A stretch of 50,781 bases of DNA from Macrostomum lignano (taxonomy: Eukaryota), in NCBI GenBank assembly GCA_002269645.1, contig NIVC01002155.1, positions 1-50,781 on the forward strand, written 5' to 3'. Below the pieces are notes generated by a model. That model was not told the DNA's origin and ran no database searches. It saw only the letters and a program-made list of their open reading frames with translations. Numbering within the stretch: position 1 is the first letter of the stretch; every line of letters starts with the position of its first letter. Positions 1 through 11,100 of this stretch are shown here, in pieces. Position numbers and translations under genes: made by a program.

Positions 1-18
1 ATCGCACGCACTACTTAC

Positions 19-3000
19 CAGACACGGCAGCACTCGCTCTCGATTGCCGCATGGTTGAAAACCACGAAATCTTGATATCTTGTGACTGTTGATGTTTAAT
101 GGGGGGAATTCATGCTTGCAGAACTTATAATATACTGCCATCGTTTGTTAGGGCTTCCAGCGTTTTGGTCGGCTTTCGTTTAAGCAGGGTCATCGGTTAA
201 TTTGGGAGTGCGTGAGCTCTGTCTCTTCCCTGGCTAGCCCCTTGCCCCTGGCTAGCCCCTTGCCCCCTGGCTAGCCCCCTTGCCCCCCTGGCTAGCCCCC
301 TTGCCCCCTGGCTAGCCCCTTGCCCCCTGGCTAGCCCCCTTGCCCCCTGGCTAGCCCCCTTGCCCCCTGGCTAGCCCCCTTGCCCCCTGGCTAGCCCCCT
401 TGCCCCCTAGCTAGCCCCCTTGCCCCTGGCTAGCCCCCTTGCCCCCTGGCTAGCCCCCTTGCCCCCTGGCTAGCCCCCCTTGCCCCTGGCTAGCCCCCTT
501 GCCCCCTGGCTAGCCCCACTTGCCCCCTAGCTAGCCCCCTTGCCCCTGGCTAGCCCCCTTGCCCCCTGGCTACCCCCTTGCCCCCTGGCTAGCCCCCCTT
601 AACGCGGATATAGTCTTTTGGATGTGTATAATGCCTGCGATCAGGTTGCAAAGACCCATAGAAGTTACCTCTAGTAACGGTAACTTCTAGTGGTCCTTGT
701 CAGGTTGGCGAGTTGCATGCGTCAGCGATACGAGTATTAAACGCGGGTGACTCCTTAAAGTCTTGTACAGCTAGAATTCCATGCTATACAAATACACGAC
801 CAAGATCGTACGAGTATTTCTTTAAATTCGAACTGAACTAGCTGTCTTTTTTTATTAGAGGCAGGGGGGTTGTGTGCACCCTGGCGCACTTTAAGCGTCA
901 TTGGCACACAACCGGCGAGAGGCATTTCTGCCCATTCCGCCGACTCCCCTGAGCAGGCATACAAGCGCGCGGATACGTTACGCAGGCACACACTCACACA
1001 GGAGTGTACAGCGGCCCTAACTTTATATTATCGTTAGGCATGTACACTTCACTGCGCCTGGGGGGGGGTTGGCTCTCAAGGCCGTTAATTGCACAAGCGA
1101 GCCAAGCCGAGATTCCAATTCAGCCCCAAATTAATGTGGCTGCACTTGGAATCGAGCCTGGGTCGCGGCACACCAGAGCAGCTGCGCTACCACTGGGCTA
1201 CGGCCCCCCTGAACTAGCTGTCACAACACTAAGTAGTATTGAAGAACTAAACAAAATCGATAGAAACCAGGACCTGCCTTCATCTTGACTAGCGCCTCCC
1301 TAGCCGAGCTCTTGTAGATTGCTTTGTAGGCAACGGTGACGTTCAACCTGTGAGCATGCCTGAGCAGGACTGACTCGAAGTGCACGCTTAGCTGGAGTTG
1401 TAAAATGGAATATTTTCATGACTGCTGGTTCATTTTGAGTGCATCGGGAATGTAGCTTTGTGTCAGGAAAGGCAGTTGGGTGTCAGGGAAGGCAGTTGGG
1501 TGTCAAGGGAGGCAGTTGGGTGCCAGGGAAGGCAGTTGGGTGTCAGCTAAGGCGGTTGGGTGTCAGGGAAGGCAGTTGGGTGTCAGAGGAGGCAGTTGGG
1601 TGTCCTCTAAGGCGGGTTGGGTGCCAGGAAAGGCAGTTGGGTGTCAAGGAAGGCAGTTGAGTGCCAGGGAAGGCAGTTGGGTGTCAGCTAAGGCGGATTG
1701 GGTGTCAGGGAAGGCAGTTGGGTGTCAGGGAAGGCAGTTGGGTGCAGGAAAGGAAGTTGGGTGTCAGAGGAGGCAGTTGGGTGTCCTCTAAGGCGGGTTG
1801 GGTGCCAGGAAAGGCAGTTGGGTGTCAAGGAAGGCAGTTGAGTGCCAAGGAAGGCAGTTGGGTGTCAGCTAAGGCGGATTGGGTGTCAGGGAAGGCAGTT
1901 GGGTGTCAGGGAAGGCAGTTGGGTGCCAGGAAAGGAAGTTGGGTGTCAGAGGAGGCAGTTGGGTGTCCTCTAAGGCGGGTTGGGTGCCAGGGAAGGCAGT
2001 TGGGTGTCAGGGAAGGCAGTTGGGTGTCAGGGAAGGCAGTTGGGTGTCAGGGAAGGCAGTTGGGTGTCAGCTAAGGCGGGTTGGGTGTCAGGGAAGGCAG
2101 TTGGGTGTCAGAGGAGGCAGTTGGGTGTCCTCTAAGGCGGGTTGGGTGCCAGGAAAGGCAGTTGGGTGTCAAGGAAGGCAGTTGAGTGCCAGGGAAGGCA
2201 GTTGGGTGTCAGGGAAGGCAGTTGGGTGTCAGCTAAGGCGGGTTGGGTGTCAGGGAAGGCAGTTGGGTGTCAGAGGAGGCAGTTGGGTGTCCTCTAAGGC
2301 GGGTTGGGTGCCAGGAAAGGCAGTTGGGTGTCAAGGAAGGCAGTTGAGTGCCAGGGAAGGCAGTTGGGTATCAGCTAAGGCGGATTGGGTGTCAGGGAAG
2401 GCAGTTGGGTGTCAGGGAAGGCAGTTGGGTATCAGCTAAGGCGGATTGGGTGTCAGGGAAGGCAGTTGGGTGTCAGGGAAGGCAGTTGGGTATCAGCTAA
2501 GGCGGATTGGGTGTCAGGGAAGGCAGTTGGGTGTCAGGGAAGGCAGTTGGGTGTCAGGGAAGGCAGTTGGGTGCCAGGAAAGGCAGTTGGGTGTCAAGGA
2601 AGGCAGTTGAGTGCCAGGGAAGGCAGTTGGGTATCAGCTAAGGCGGATTGGGTGTCAGGGAAGGCAGTTGGGTGTCAGGGAAGGCAGTTGGGTATCAGCT
2701 AAGGCGGATTGGGTGTCAGGGAAGGCAGTTGGGTGTCAGGGAAGGCAGTTGGGTATCAGCTAAGGCGGATTGGGTGTCAGGGAAGGCAGTTGGGTGTCAG
2801 GGAAGGCAGTTGGGTGTCAGGGAAGGCAGTTGGGTGCCAGGAAAGGCAGTTGGGTATCAGCTAAGGCGGATTGGGTGTCAGGGAAGGCAGTTGGGTGCCA
2901 GGAAGGCAGTTGGGTATCAGCTAAGGCGGATTGGGTGTCAGGGAAGGCAGTTGGGTGCAGGAAAGGCAGTTGGGTATCAGCTAAGGCGGATTGGGTGTCA

Positions 3001-6000
3001 GGGAAGGCAGTTGGGTGCCAGGAAAGGCATGAAGAGTTCGCTTTAGCACACTAGAGAGAGAGGGAAAGAGAGAGAGAGAAAGAGAAGAGAGAGAGAAATT
3101 AATCTAGTGTCTAAACGCACGAACTCCCACTTCCAGACCTCAAGCCTGGGAACAAAGTTCAGTGTTCACTTACTGATGCGGGCTCCTCTTCTTTGTCGGG
3201 CAGGTTCTCCGAGCTCGTCTCTTCAAATATTCTTCCTCCGGAGTAGTCTTCTTGAATTATAGAATCGGCCGAATATGAGAGCTTAATAACTTAGTCCGTC
3301 GACGTCAGTATATTCCTCGAGTGCAGAAATCGATATATTCCTCGAGTGCAGAAATCGATATATTCCTCGAGTGCAGAAATCAATATATTCCTCGAGTGCA
3401 GAGATGCGCCCTAATAACAAAGTCAACTCTATAACAATAACGAGGTCCTCCGAAAGGGCGTCTTCTTCTAGAAATAACGGAATCGGAGTCGTTTGCTCCT
3501 ATCGGTTACTCTAGGGTACCAAAATCAATCAGTCAGTAATCAACTAAGAGTATCGGAATCGGTCCGCAGATCCTATCCAATCCCTTAGGAATAGGGAGGC
3601 CTCAAATTCAATAACTCAATAAATCGACTTATCAGTAACGGCCGGCAATGACACAGCTCTCAATAATCGAACAACAGACTTCAAATAACAAAGACTCGAA
3701 CAAAGGCTTACCAATTGGTGTTTGTCTCTCTCAGAGATATAGCCTTGCTTAGTAACTCTGGCTAAGCCTAAGATCTCTTAAGGCTGCTCCGAGTCTGAGG
3801 TTTCAGCTCGGATTTTCGCTTGTATTTATACACGATTTCATTCGACCTTGAGCTTCAAACTGGTTTTATTGATAAGAATCAAAAGATGGACTTTGTCTCT
3901 TGACCGGTGGGGTTTTACATAGGAAAGGGGTGAAGCCTAGATCGCATTTAACTTGACCTTTACCATATTTGGAAATTTAGGTTGAAAACCGGTTTTTTGG
4001 ACTATGTAACAATCACTCGCTGTTTACGTGATATTACTGAAAATAGAGTATGACGCATGTTAGTTTTAAATGGTATTCATGTTTTTATCTTGCTACTTTT
4101 AGTAGGCTACTATGCTTGGAGATCTCTACAGGCAGTTGGGTGTCAGGGAAGGCAGTTGAGTGCCAGGGAAGGCAGTTGGGTGTCAGGGAAGGCAGTTGGG
4201 TGTCAGCTAAGGCGGGTTGGGTGTCAGGGAAGGCAGTTGAGTGCCAGGGAAGGCAGTTGGGTGTCAGGGAAGGCAGTTGGGTGTCAGCTAAGGCGGGTTG
4301 GGTGTCAGGGAAGGCAGTTGGGTGTCAGCTAAGGAGGTTGGGTGCCAGGGAAGGCAGTTGGGTGCCAGGAAAGGCAGTTGGGTGTCAGGGAAGGCAGTTG
4401 GGTGTCAGCTAAGGCGGGTTTGGTGCCAGGGAAGGCAGTTGGGTGTCAGGGAAGGCAGTTGGGTGTCAGGGAAGGCAGTTGGGTGTCAGGGAAGGCAGTT
4501 GGGTGTCAGCTAAGGCGGGTTGGGTGTCAGGGAAGGCTCAGACGCAGGAACCAGAGCTTACTGAATACGCAGGTTCTTTGTCCAAAGCCAGAATTCCAAC
4601 TCGGCGCCAGCTGTATCGCTTGAGAACCTCCAAGATGGCCTTGTTGAACTCTGCCTGTGTGAGCTGCAGCCTGCTGTAGCTGCCGTGGACAGCCTTGTTG
4701 GACAGGCTGGGAGACGAGTTCCCAAATGCCAGCTGAAATTGTTTATTCATTTTTTCAAGTATTTAGTGCCCATATTGACGCCCGTTCTTGAATGCCATTT
4801 AGTGACACCTAACTGTCTTTTAGCTGACACCATCCAACACTTAAAACCGACACTCTAAGCCACATTCCCTAATATGATCAACAGCTGTTCCTAAAGAGCC
4901 AGAATTCACTGTGTGCAGAATTCACTGTGTGCAGCATTCTGTGCTCAGCATTCATTGTGCTCAGCCCCAGCTCACCATGGGCACACGGTACAGGCTGGCA
5001 ACAGCTGAGACCTCCTCAGACTGACGCGAGTTGCTCATTCCGACTATCAATGCTTTCGCTGGCTGGCTGAAGTACCCTTCAATGAATGCTTTGGTCGCTA
5101 CAAGTCTGTAATATTGATAATACACAAAAGATGTAAAAATAGTTTTAAAAAATCAAGTTTCAAAATTTTTAATGTTTGCCGTACCAGGGAGGTCATGACC
5201 TGGGGCGTCACCATGGATTTTATGGTGGGGGACAAAGCCCAGAATACTACGTGTACATGACTGCTATTTCTATATGTACATTATTTTCAGAATCTGTGTT
5301 GTCAGCACTCCTTTTAGCGCCCGCAGGAACTCATTTTAGCGCCCGCAGGAACTCATTTTAGCGCCCGCAGGAACTCATTTTAGCGCCCGCAGGAACTCCT
5401 TTTAGCGCCCGCAGGAACTCATTTTAGCGCCCGCAGGCACTCCTTTTAGCGCCGCAGGCACTCATTTTAGCGCCACAGGCACTCATTTTAGCGTCGAAGG
5501 CACTCATTTTAGCGCCGCAGGCACTCATTTTAGCGCCACAGGCACTCATTTTAGCGTCGAAGGCACTCATTTTAGCGCCGCAGGCACTCATTTTAGCGCC
5601 GCAGGCACTCATTTTAGCGCCACAGGCACTCATTTTAGCGTCGAAGGCACTCATTTTAGCGCCACAGGCACTCATTTTAGCGCCACAGGCACTCATTTTA
5701 GCGTCGCAAGCACTCATTTTAGCGCCGCAGGCACTCATTTTAGCGTCGCAGGCACTCATTTTACCGCAAAGGCACTCATTTTAGCGCCGCAGGAACTCAA
5801 TTTAGCGCCCGCAGGAACTCATTTCAGCGCTGCAGGCACTCATTTTAGCGCCGCAGGCACTCATTTTAGCGCCGCAGGCACTCATTTTAGCGCCGCAGGA
5901 ACTCATTTAGCGCCCGCAGGAACTCATTTCAGCGCCGCAGGCACTCATTTTAGCGCCACAGGCACTCATTTTAGCGCCGCAGGAACTCATTTTAGCGCCC

Positions 6001-6940
6001 GCAGGAACTCATTTTAGCGCCGCAGGCACTCATTTTAGCGCCGCAGGAACTCATTTCAGCGCCGCAGGCACTCATTTTAGCGCCGCAGGCACTCATTTTA
6101 GCGCCGCAGGCACTCATTTTAGCGCCGCAGGAACTCAATTTAGCGCCCGCAGGAACTCATATCAGCGCCGCAGGCACTCATTTTAGCGCCGCAGGCACTC
6201 ATTTTAGCGCCGCAGGCACTCATTTTAGCGCCACAGGCACTCATTTTAGCGCCACAGGCACTCATTTTAGCGCCATAGGCACTCATTTTAGCGCCACAGG
6301 CACTCATTTTAGCGCCGCAGGCACTCATTTTAGCGCCACAGGCACTCATTTTAGCGCCACAGGCACTCATTTTAGCGCCATAGGCACTCATTTTAGCGCC
6401 ACAGGCACTCATTTTAGCGCTATAGGCACTCATTTAGGTGCTGCAGGCACTGTGTTTTGTCGCCCTGCAGCAAAATTATTGATTTCCATAACGGGTCACA
6501 AGGTGGGATGGGGGGACAAAGCATTGGCATGTCCCACCCATATCTTTTATGGGGGGGGGCATGTCGATCCTCTCTGTCCCCCCGGTGGCGACGCGCTCCT
6601 GTCATAACCTCCCCTTTGCGTAGCATTTCTACAGAATTTGAATCAAATTCCAGCAAAAGCGCAAGCTCGACTTTCTCACCTTGTCAACGCAGAAATAATA
6701 GATTTTAATTCGGAAATCGGGGAACAGGTCCGTAAGGCTGTTAATGACCGGCTCCAGGGCCTGCAGCGCTGGTGCCTCGTCAGCCCAGCTGGACGATTCT
6801 TCAACGCACAAGCTCAGCAGAGCGACTTCAAAACGACTGTCTGACTTGATTGACTGGTTTTGAGCAGCTGCACTGCAGATCGTGATGGTTGGCAGCAGCA
6901 GCAGCAGGCTGTACAGAAGCCAGCAGTTGACCCAGCGCAT
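19..6940 (-). CDS. 5' part of a receptor with signal peptide and GABA-B-like Venus-flytrap (ANF_receptor) domain; continues beyond the left edge
   Basis: Phase-consistent exons: 6940-6680 (MRWVNCWLLYSLLLLLP signal peptide ... DLFPDFRIKIYYFCVDK, donor AAG|GTGAGA); 6628-6609 (20-nt micro-exon KCYAKG); 5105-4976 (LVATKAFIEGYFSQPAKALIVG...LYRVPM); 4732-4562 (LAFGNSSPSLSNK...RYSWRRVGIL, resembling GABA-B LSYGSSSPALSNR...KWGWKKIATI); 1391-1278 (LSVHFESV...REALVKMK); probable exon 85-19 ending CTG|GTAAGT. Family assignment is from remembered GABA-B sequence; the C-terminal domains are not in the window. Confidence 0.7.
228..600. repeat. ~20-bp minisatellite (TGGCTAGCCCCCTTGCCCCC)n, intronic
   Basis: About 18 copies visible directly. 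Confidence 0.95.
649..699. mobile_element. 51-bp TIR-only DNA-transposon relic with 8-bp TSD (hAT- or P-superfamily-like)
   Basis: 21-bp TIRs 649-669 CAAAGACCCATAGAAGTTACC and 679-699 (18/21 match), 9-nt spacer, flanked by the direct repeat TCAGGTTG at 641-648 and 700-707. Confidence 0.75.
1136..1208 (-). pseudogene. tRNA-derived sequence (pseudo-tRNA or SINE head)
   Basis: Minus strand GGGGGCCGTAGCCCAGTGGTAGC...CCAGGCTCGATTCC has an A-box and B-box at tRNA spacing, but the acceptor and anticodon stems do not pair. Confidence 0.55.
1460..3029. repeat. 20-bp minisatellite (GGGTGTCAGGGAAGGCAGTT)n, left part
   Basis: Direct tandem array with variants; source of the GVREGSW/VSGKAV ORFs. Confidence 0.95.
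3030..4130. mobile_element. Solo LTR (Ty3/Gypsy-like, 4-bp TSD)
   Basis: 1101-bp unique block starts TGAAGAG and ends CTCTACA (TG...CA, short inverted ends). It is flanked by GGCA at 3026-3029 and 4131-4134, has an internal 25-bp tandem at ~3310-3405, and interrupts the minisatellite. Confidence 0.8.
4131..4536. repeat. 20-bp minisatellite, right part of the same array as 1460-3029
   Basis: Same unit resumes directly after the LTR. Confidence 0.95.
5201..6600. mobile_element. MITE-like element with imperfect GC-rich TIRs, carrying an internal 21-bp tandem array
   Basis: Ends (C)TGGGGCGTCACC...GGGGGAC and GTCCCCCCGGTGGCGACGCGCTCCT are inverted relatives. Flanking direct repeat GTCATGACC (5192-5200) / GTCATAACC (6601-6609). 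Confidence 0.55.
5305..6450. repeat. 21-22-bp minisatellite (GCAGGCACTCATTTTAGCGCC)n
   Basis: Direct tandem array; source of the MSACGAK ORFs. Confidence 0.95.
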
Positions 6941-8168
6941 GCTGTGTCAGCAATCTCTGTTGAAGGTGATGTTGAAAATTATTTAAAGTGAAAATTTATC
7001 CAATTACTTTATTACGAGTACTGACGAAGTGCGCGCATAGGCGCATAGCTGAACAAATTGCTTCTTTGCAATTAATTGCTTCCAGGGCTATATTTTATCT
7101 CGTCTCAAAGGGCACGGTAAAAACACGTGACTTCTTTGCAGTTGCGGGTCTAAGGGCCAATCAGACCGATTTTCGATTGACGCAGGTTTCACTTTGAATA
7201 GTCCGTGTGTTGGACGAGAGCAAATGATCGACTGGCAGACACTGTTGCAAGCTGGAGCTGGAGATCTTGCACTACGCTCGGATATATAGATCGAATATGT
7301 CATGGGAGGTGGTATTTAGCTGTTTCTTCGCCACTCCCTGACGATGAGGCAACTATATTATTGCTCGAAATACAGTTGTATTAGTCTTAATTGCTTTTTG
7401 CGAAGCGCCAAATACACAGCTTGTACGTACAGGGTTCGGCCATTAAACAATTCGTCTGAGAAAACTGCATGAATGAAAAATATCGATAAATCTAAAAAAA
7501 CATGCATAATAAAGCGATATAGGGACAAATGAAATTTCGCTTGATGAAACTTTGCTTGATTGCCGGCCTCAGATAGCATTTAAATGTATTGAAAAATTAT
7601 AAGTCTTGATAAAATTATGAATGCCCCTAATTAATTGATGGGATCCATGCGTACATAGTTTGTGCAATCCACTATTACTCAAAATTCTTCCTTTACGAAT
7701 CCTAGCTATCCTGCTGTCTGTATAGAAAAACCGGTAATTTGTGCAGGCAAAACGGCATGTTTGATTAATACGAAAAAATTAATCGAAGCTAGCGGTGTAA
7801 AATATTTAAATGTTAAGTCTAACAAATTTATATTATCCGTTAAATAACTTAAACTATAATTTTTAAATCCTAAAGCAAGCTTATTTTTATAAGAAAAATA
7901 CATATTATACCGACTTAGCTGAATTATTTTAAAAAACGGTGTAGTTGCTATGGCTGAGGGCTCATTTACGCCTTTTAATTCAAAGCAAGCATACATTGTA
8001 TTTCATATAATTAAAGAATAAGATACACGTAGCCCGTAGGTCGTAGATAGTTATTTAATATTTTTGGTAAATTAAACGCCTTTTCTTTGAAGCAAAAGGA
8101 GTACTTGGATATAGCTAATACCTTCTTAGTTGTGCTTCACTATCAACAAAGGCATTTAATTCTTTCAA

Positions 8169-11100
8169 ATGGATGCAAGCGAACTGAACTTTGATATTCC
8201 AGGTAAGATACGAAAAATAGTGCGCATTTTGAGTGAAAAAATTCTATTAAACTCCTGTGACACTTGCAGAAATTTAGCTCTCTAAGAATATATTATAAAT
8301 TACATAAATAAAAAATCTCACATGAAACTGACATTTGAAATTTTATTTGAGCCATTTTCATTTTGGATAATTTATTTTGTATTTGTTTCTTAAAAATCAA
8401 CGATTAAAGGAATTTGGATTGCGCGTACATTTTTCGTGATTATAGGAACTTAACGATGTTTCTTTATTGAAACTAAAACACTTCATACACATGCTCATGA
8501 CATGAAGTATAAAAAATGTCCATTGAAAAAAATTGTCCATTGTCCATAAAAAAATCCATTGAAAGAACATAGGGCCTAATTTATTTATAACTGAAAATTT
8601 TTTAATTGAATCATAAATAAATACCAGTATATATTTCATTCTTTTCTGTTTAAAACGAATATCACAATGGAATCTCAGCAAACTGATGACCATCTATTTT
8701 TTGCAGACTCCGGCGCAATCTTCGCATTCGGCAAAAACGTGCCAAACCGATTTTACGTCAAAAATGACAAAATCGTCTCCATGGACTGCGGCGAAGGCCA
8801 CGCGGTGATGGTGGCCGCCTCCGGCCGGGTGTTTGGCTTCGGCCTGAACGACTACGGCCAGCTGGGGTTGGGCAGCAAGGCCACCCAGGCCAAACCCGCA
8901 GTGGTCAAACAGCTGAAAGAAGACGGCGTCAAAGCTGTGAAAGTTGCCTGCGGCCCAACGCACACGCTGGTGCTGGCAGACGACGGCATTGTCTACGGCT
9001 ACGGGAACAACTCGGACGGTCAGATCACCGGCGACGAAGCCGACTTCACGCGGCCGGTGGAGGTGGAGCAGCTGGAGAATGTTGAAGTTCGTGACCTCGC
9101 GGCGGGGCGGGCGTTCAGCTTGGCCGTTTCTAAGAAAGGTAAGTTCAAATTGCCGCAAAAATGAGCTCGAGGATTAGTTCAGAAAAACATTCAGGGGACC
9201 CATGAATGCAGCAATACACAGGAATAATTATTGGTGGCACTTCAGGAGAGGAGATGACTCATTCAAGAAAAGAAAGGAGACCGGTTAAAAATGAAGACCT
9301 CAGTAAAAGCAATGAGACTCAGGATAATCTATGAGCCCTCAAAACCAACTATGAGACGTCAAGATAAACTGTGAGACCTCAGCGCGTGAACTGAGACTTC
9401 AGGATAACCAATGAGACTTCAGGATAAACCATGAGACCTCAGGATAAACTATGAGAACACAAGAAAAAGCCTAAGACAACTCAGGCTGATCCTCATTGAT
9501 CTTCTCTCTTCCTCTGCCAGGCGAGCTGCTGGCCTGGGGCGGCAACACTGAAGGCTGTCTGGGCCAGGAAGACCCGGACCTGCCGGGCAGCCCGGACCCC
9601 ATGCCGGTGCACCTGCCAGGCCGAGTGGCGGCCGTGTCTGCCGGCAGCTACCACTGCGCCTGCGTGCTGACTGACGGCCGGCTGTACGCCTGGGGCGAGA
9701 CGGAGCGCGGCAAGCTGGGGATCCGCAACGCCGAGGACCAGGAGTTTCTGTTCAGCCCGCAGCCGGTGCCGGTGCCCGGACGGGTGCAGATGGTGAGACT
9801 GATTAGAGCCGTTATATCAAGATTTTAAATGAGATTTTACTCTTCAAATCTTTATTCGTTTACTTTTCTCAGTAGTGTAAATTGAATCACAAATTTGAAA
9901 ATAAAAATCGGTTATTTTATTTTGTTTATTTTCACAGGTGTCCTGCGGCCTTGAGCACACTCTGGTGCTGACTGAGAACGGTCGAGTGTACGTCTGCGGC
10001 AGCGGCGAGTCCGGGCAGCTGGGCCTCGGCACCGGCTGCACCTACGCGCCGACTGTGAAAGTCGTGTCCGGACTGGAGAAGCTCAAAGTAGCCTGTGAGT
10101 TGATTTAGGAATGATTGAGAGACTTCAGGAATGATTGTGAGACTTCAGGAATGATTGTGAGACTTCAGGAATGATTGTGAGACTTCAGGAATGATTGAGA
10201 GACTTCAGGAATGATTGTGAGACTTCAGGAATGATTGAAAGACTTCAAAAATGATTGTGAGGCTTTAGGAATGATTGTGAGACTTCAGGAATGATTGTGA
10301 GACTTCAGGAAAGATTGTGAGACTTCAGGAATGATTGTGAGACTTCAGGAATTATTTGAGACTTCAGGAAAGATTGTGAGACTTCAGGAATGATTTTGAG
10401 ACTTCAGGAATGATTTGAGACTTCAGAGAAGACTGCGAGACTTCAGGAATGATTGTGAGACTTCAGGAATTATTTGAGACTTCAGGAAAGATTGTGAGAC
10501 TTCAGGAATGATTTTGAGACTTCAGGAATGATTTGAGACTTCAGAGAAGACTGCGAGACTTCAGGAATGATTGTGAGACTTTATGAGAGAATATCTCAAA
10601 CCGATAACCCCATATCGACTCTGCATCTCTGAATCACCAATCTCCAGGCGTGGCCGCAGGCGAGCGGCACTCGATGTGTGTCTGCAGCCGCACCGGCCAG
10701 CTGTACGCTTTCGGCGATCCCCAGCACGGCAAGCTGGGATTCAAGCCCGCGACCTCAGGCGGCGGGGCGGCGGCAGTCGATACTCTTCCTCAGCTTCTGG
10801 CGGCTGCCTGTTCGAGCCCACGCTGGTGACCGCCCTGCGCCCGATCAGCGTCCAGCAGGTGGTCTGCGGCACCCTCCTGACCGCCGTGCTTGCCGTGCCC
10901 GCCAAGGACGCCGGCGGCGGCAGCGGGCGGAGCTCCTCGCTGGCCAGGCCGGGCTCGAGCAGCGACAACGAGGCCGACGACAAGCTGCCGGCGCTGCGCG
11001 GCCGAGCGAGCTCCCTCGGCAGGCGGGGCAGCTTCCAGGAGCTCAACAATAACAATAGCGGCATCGGCACCTCGGCGTCTCTGGCCGACAGGCGGGTCGG

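Noticed and set aside
755-1288. ORFs 755-997 and 1004-1288
   Set aside because: No recognisable domain; they lie in an intron of the VFT gene and overlap the tRNA-like relic.
8667-8706. ATG at 8667 as the RPGR start
   Set aside because: It lies in intron 1: a TTTTTTGCAG acceptor at 8706 and the upstream exon 8169-8202 give the RPGR-like P-D-S-G junction.
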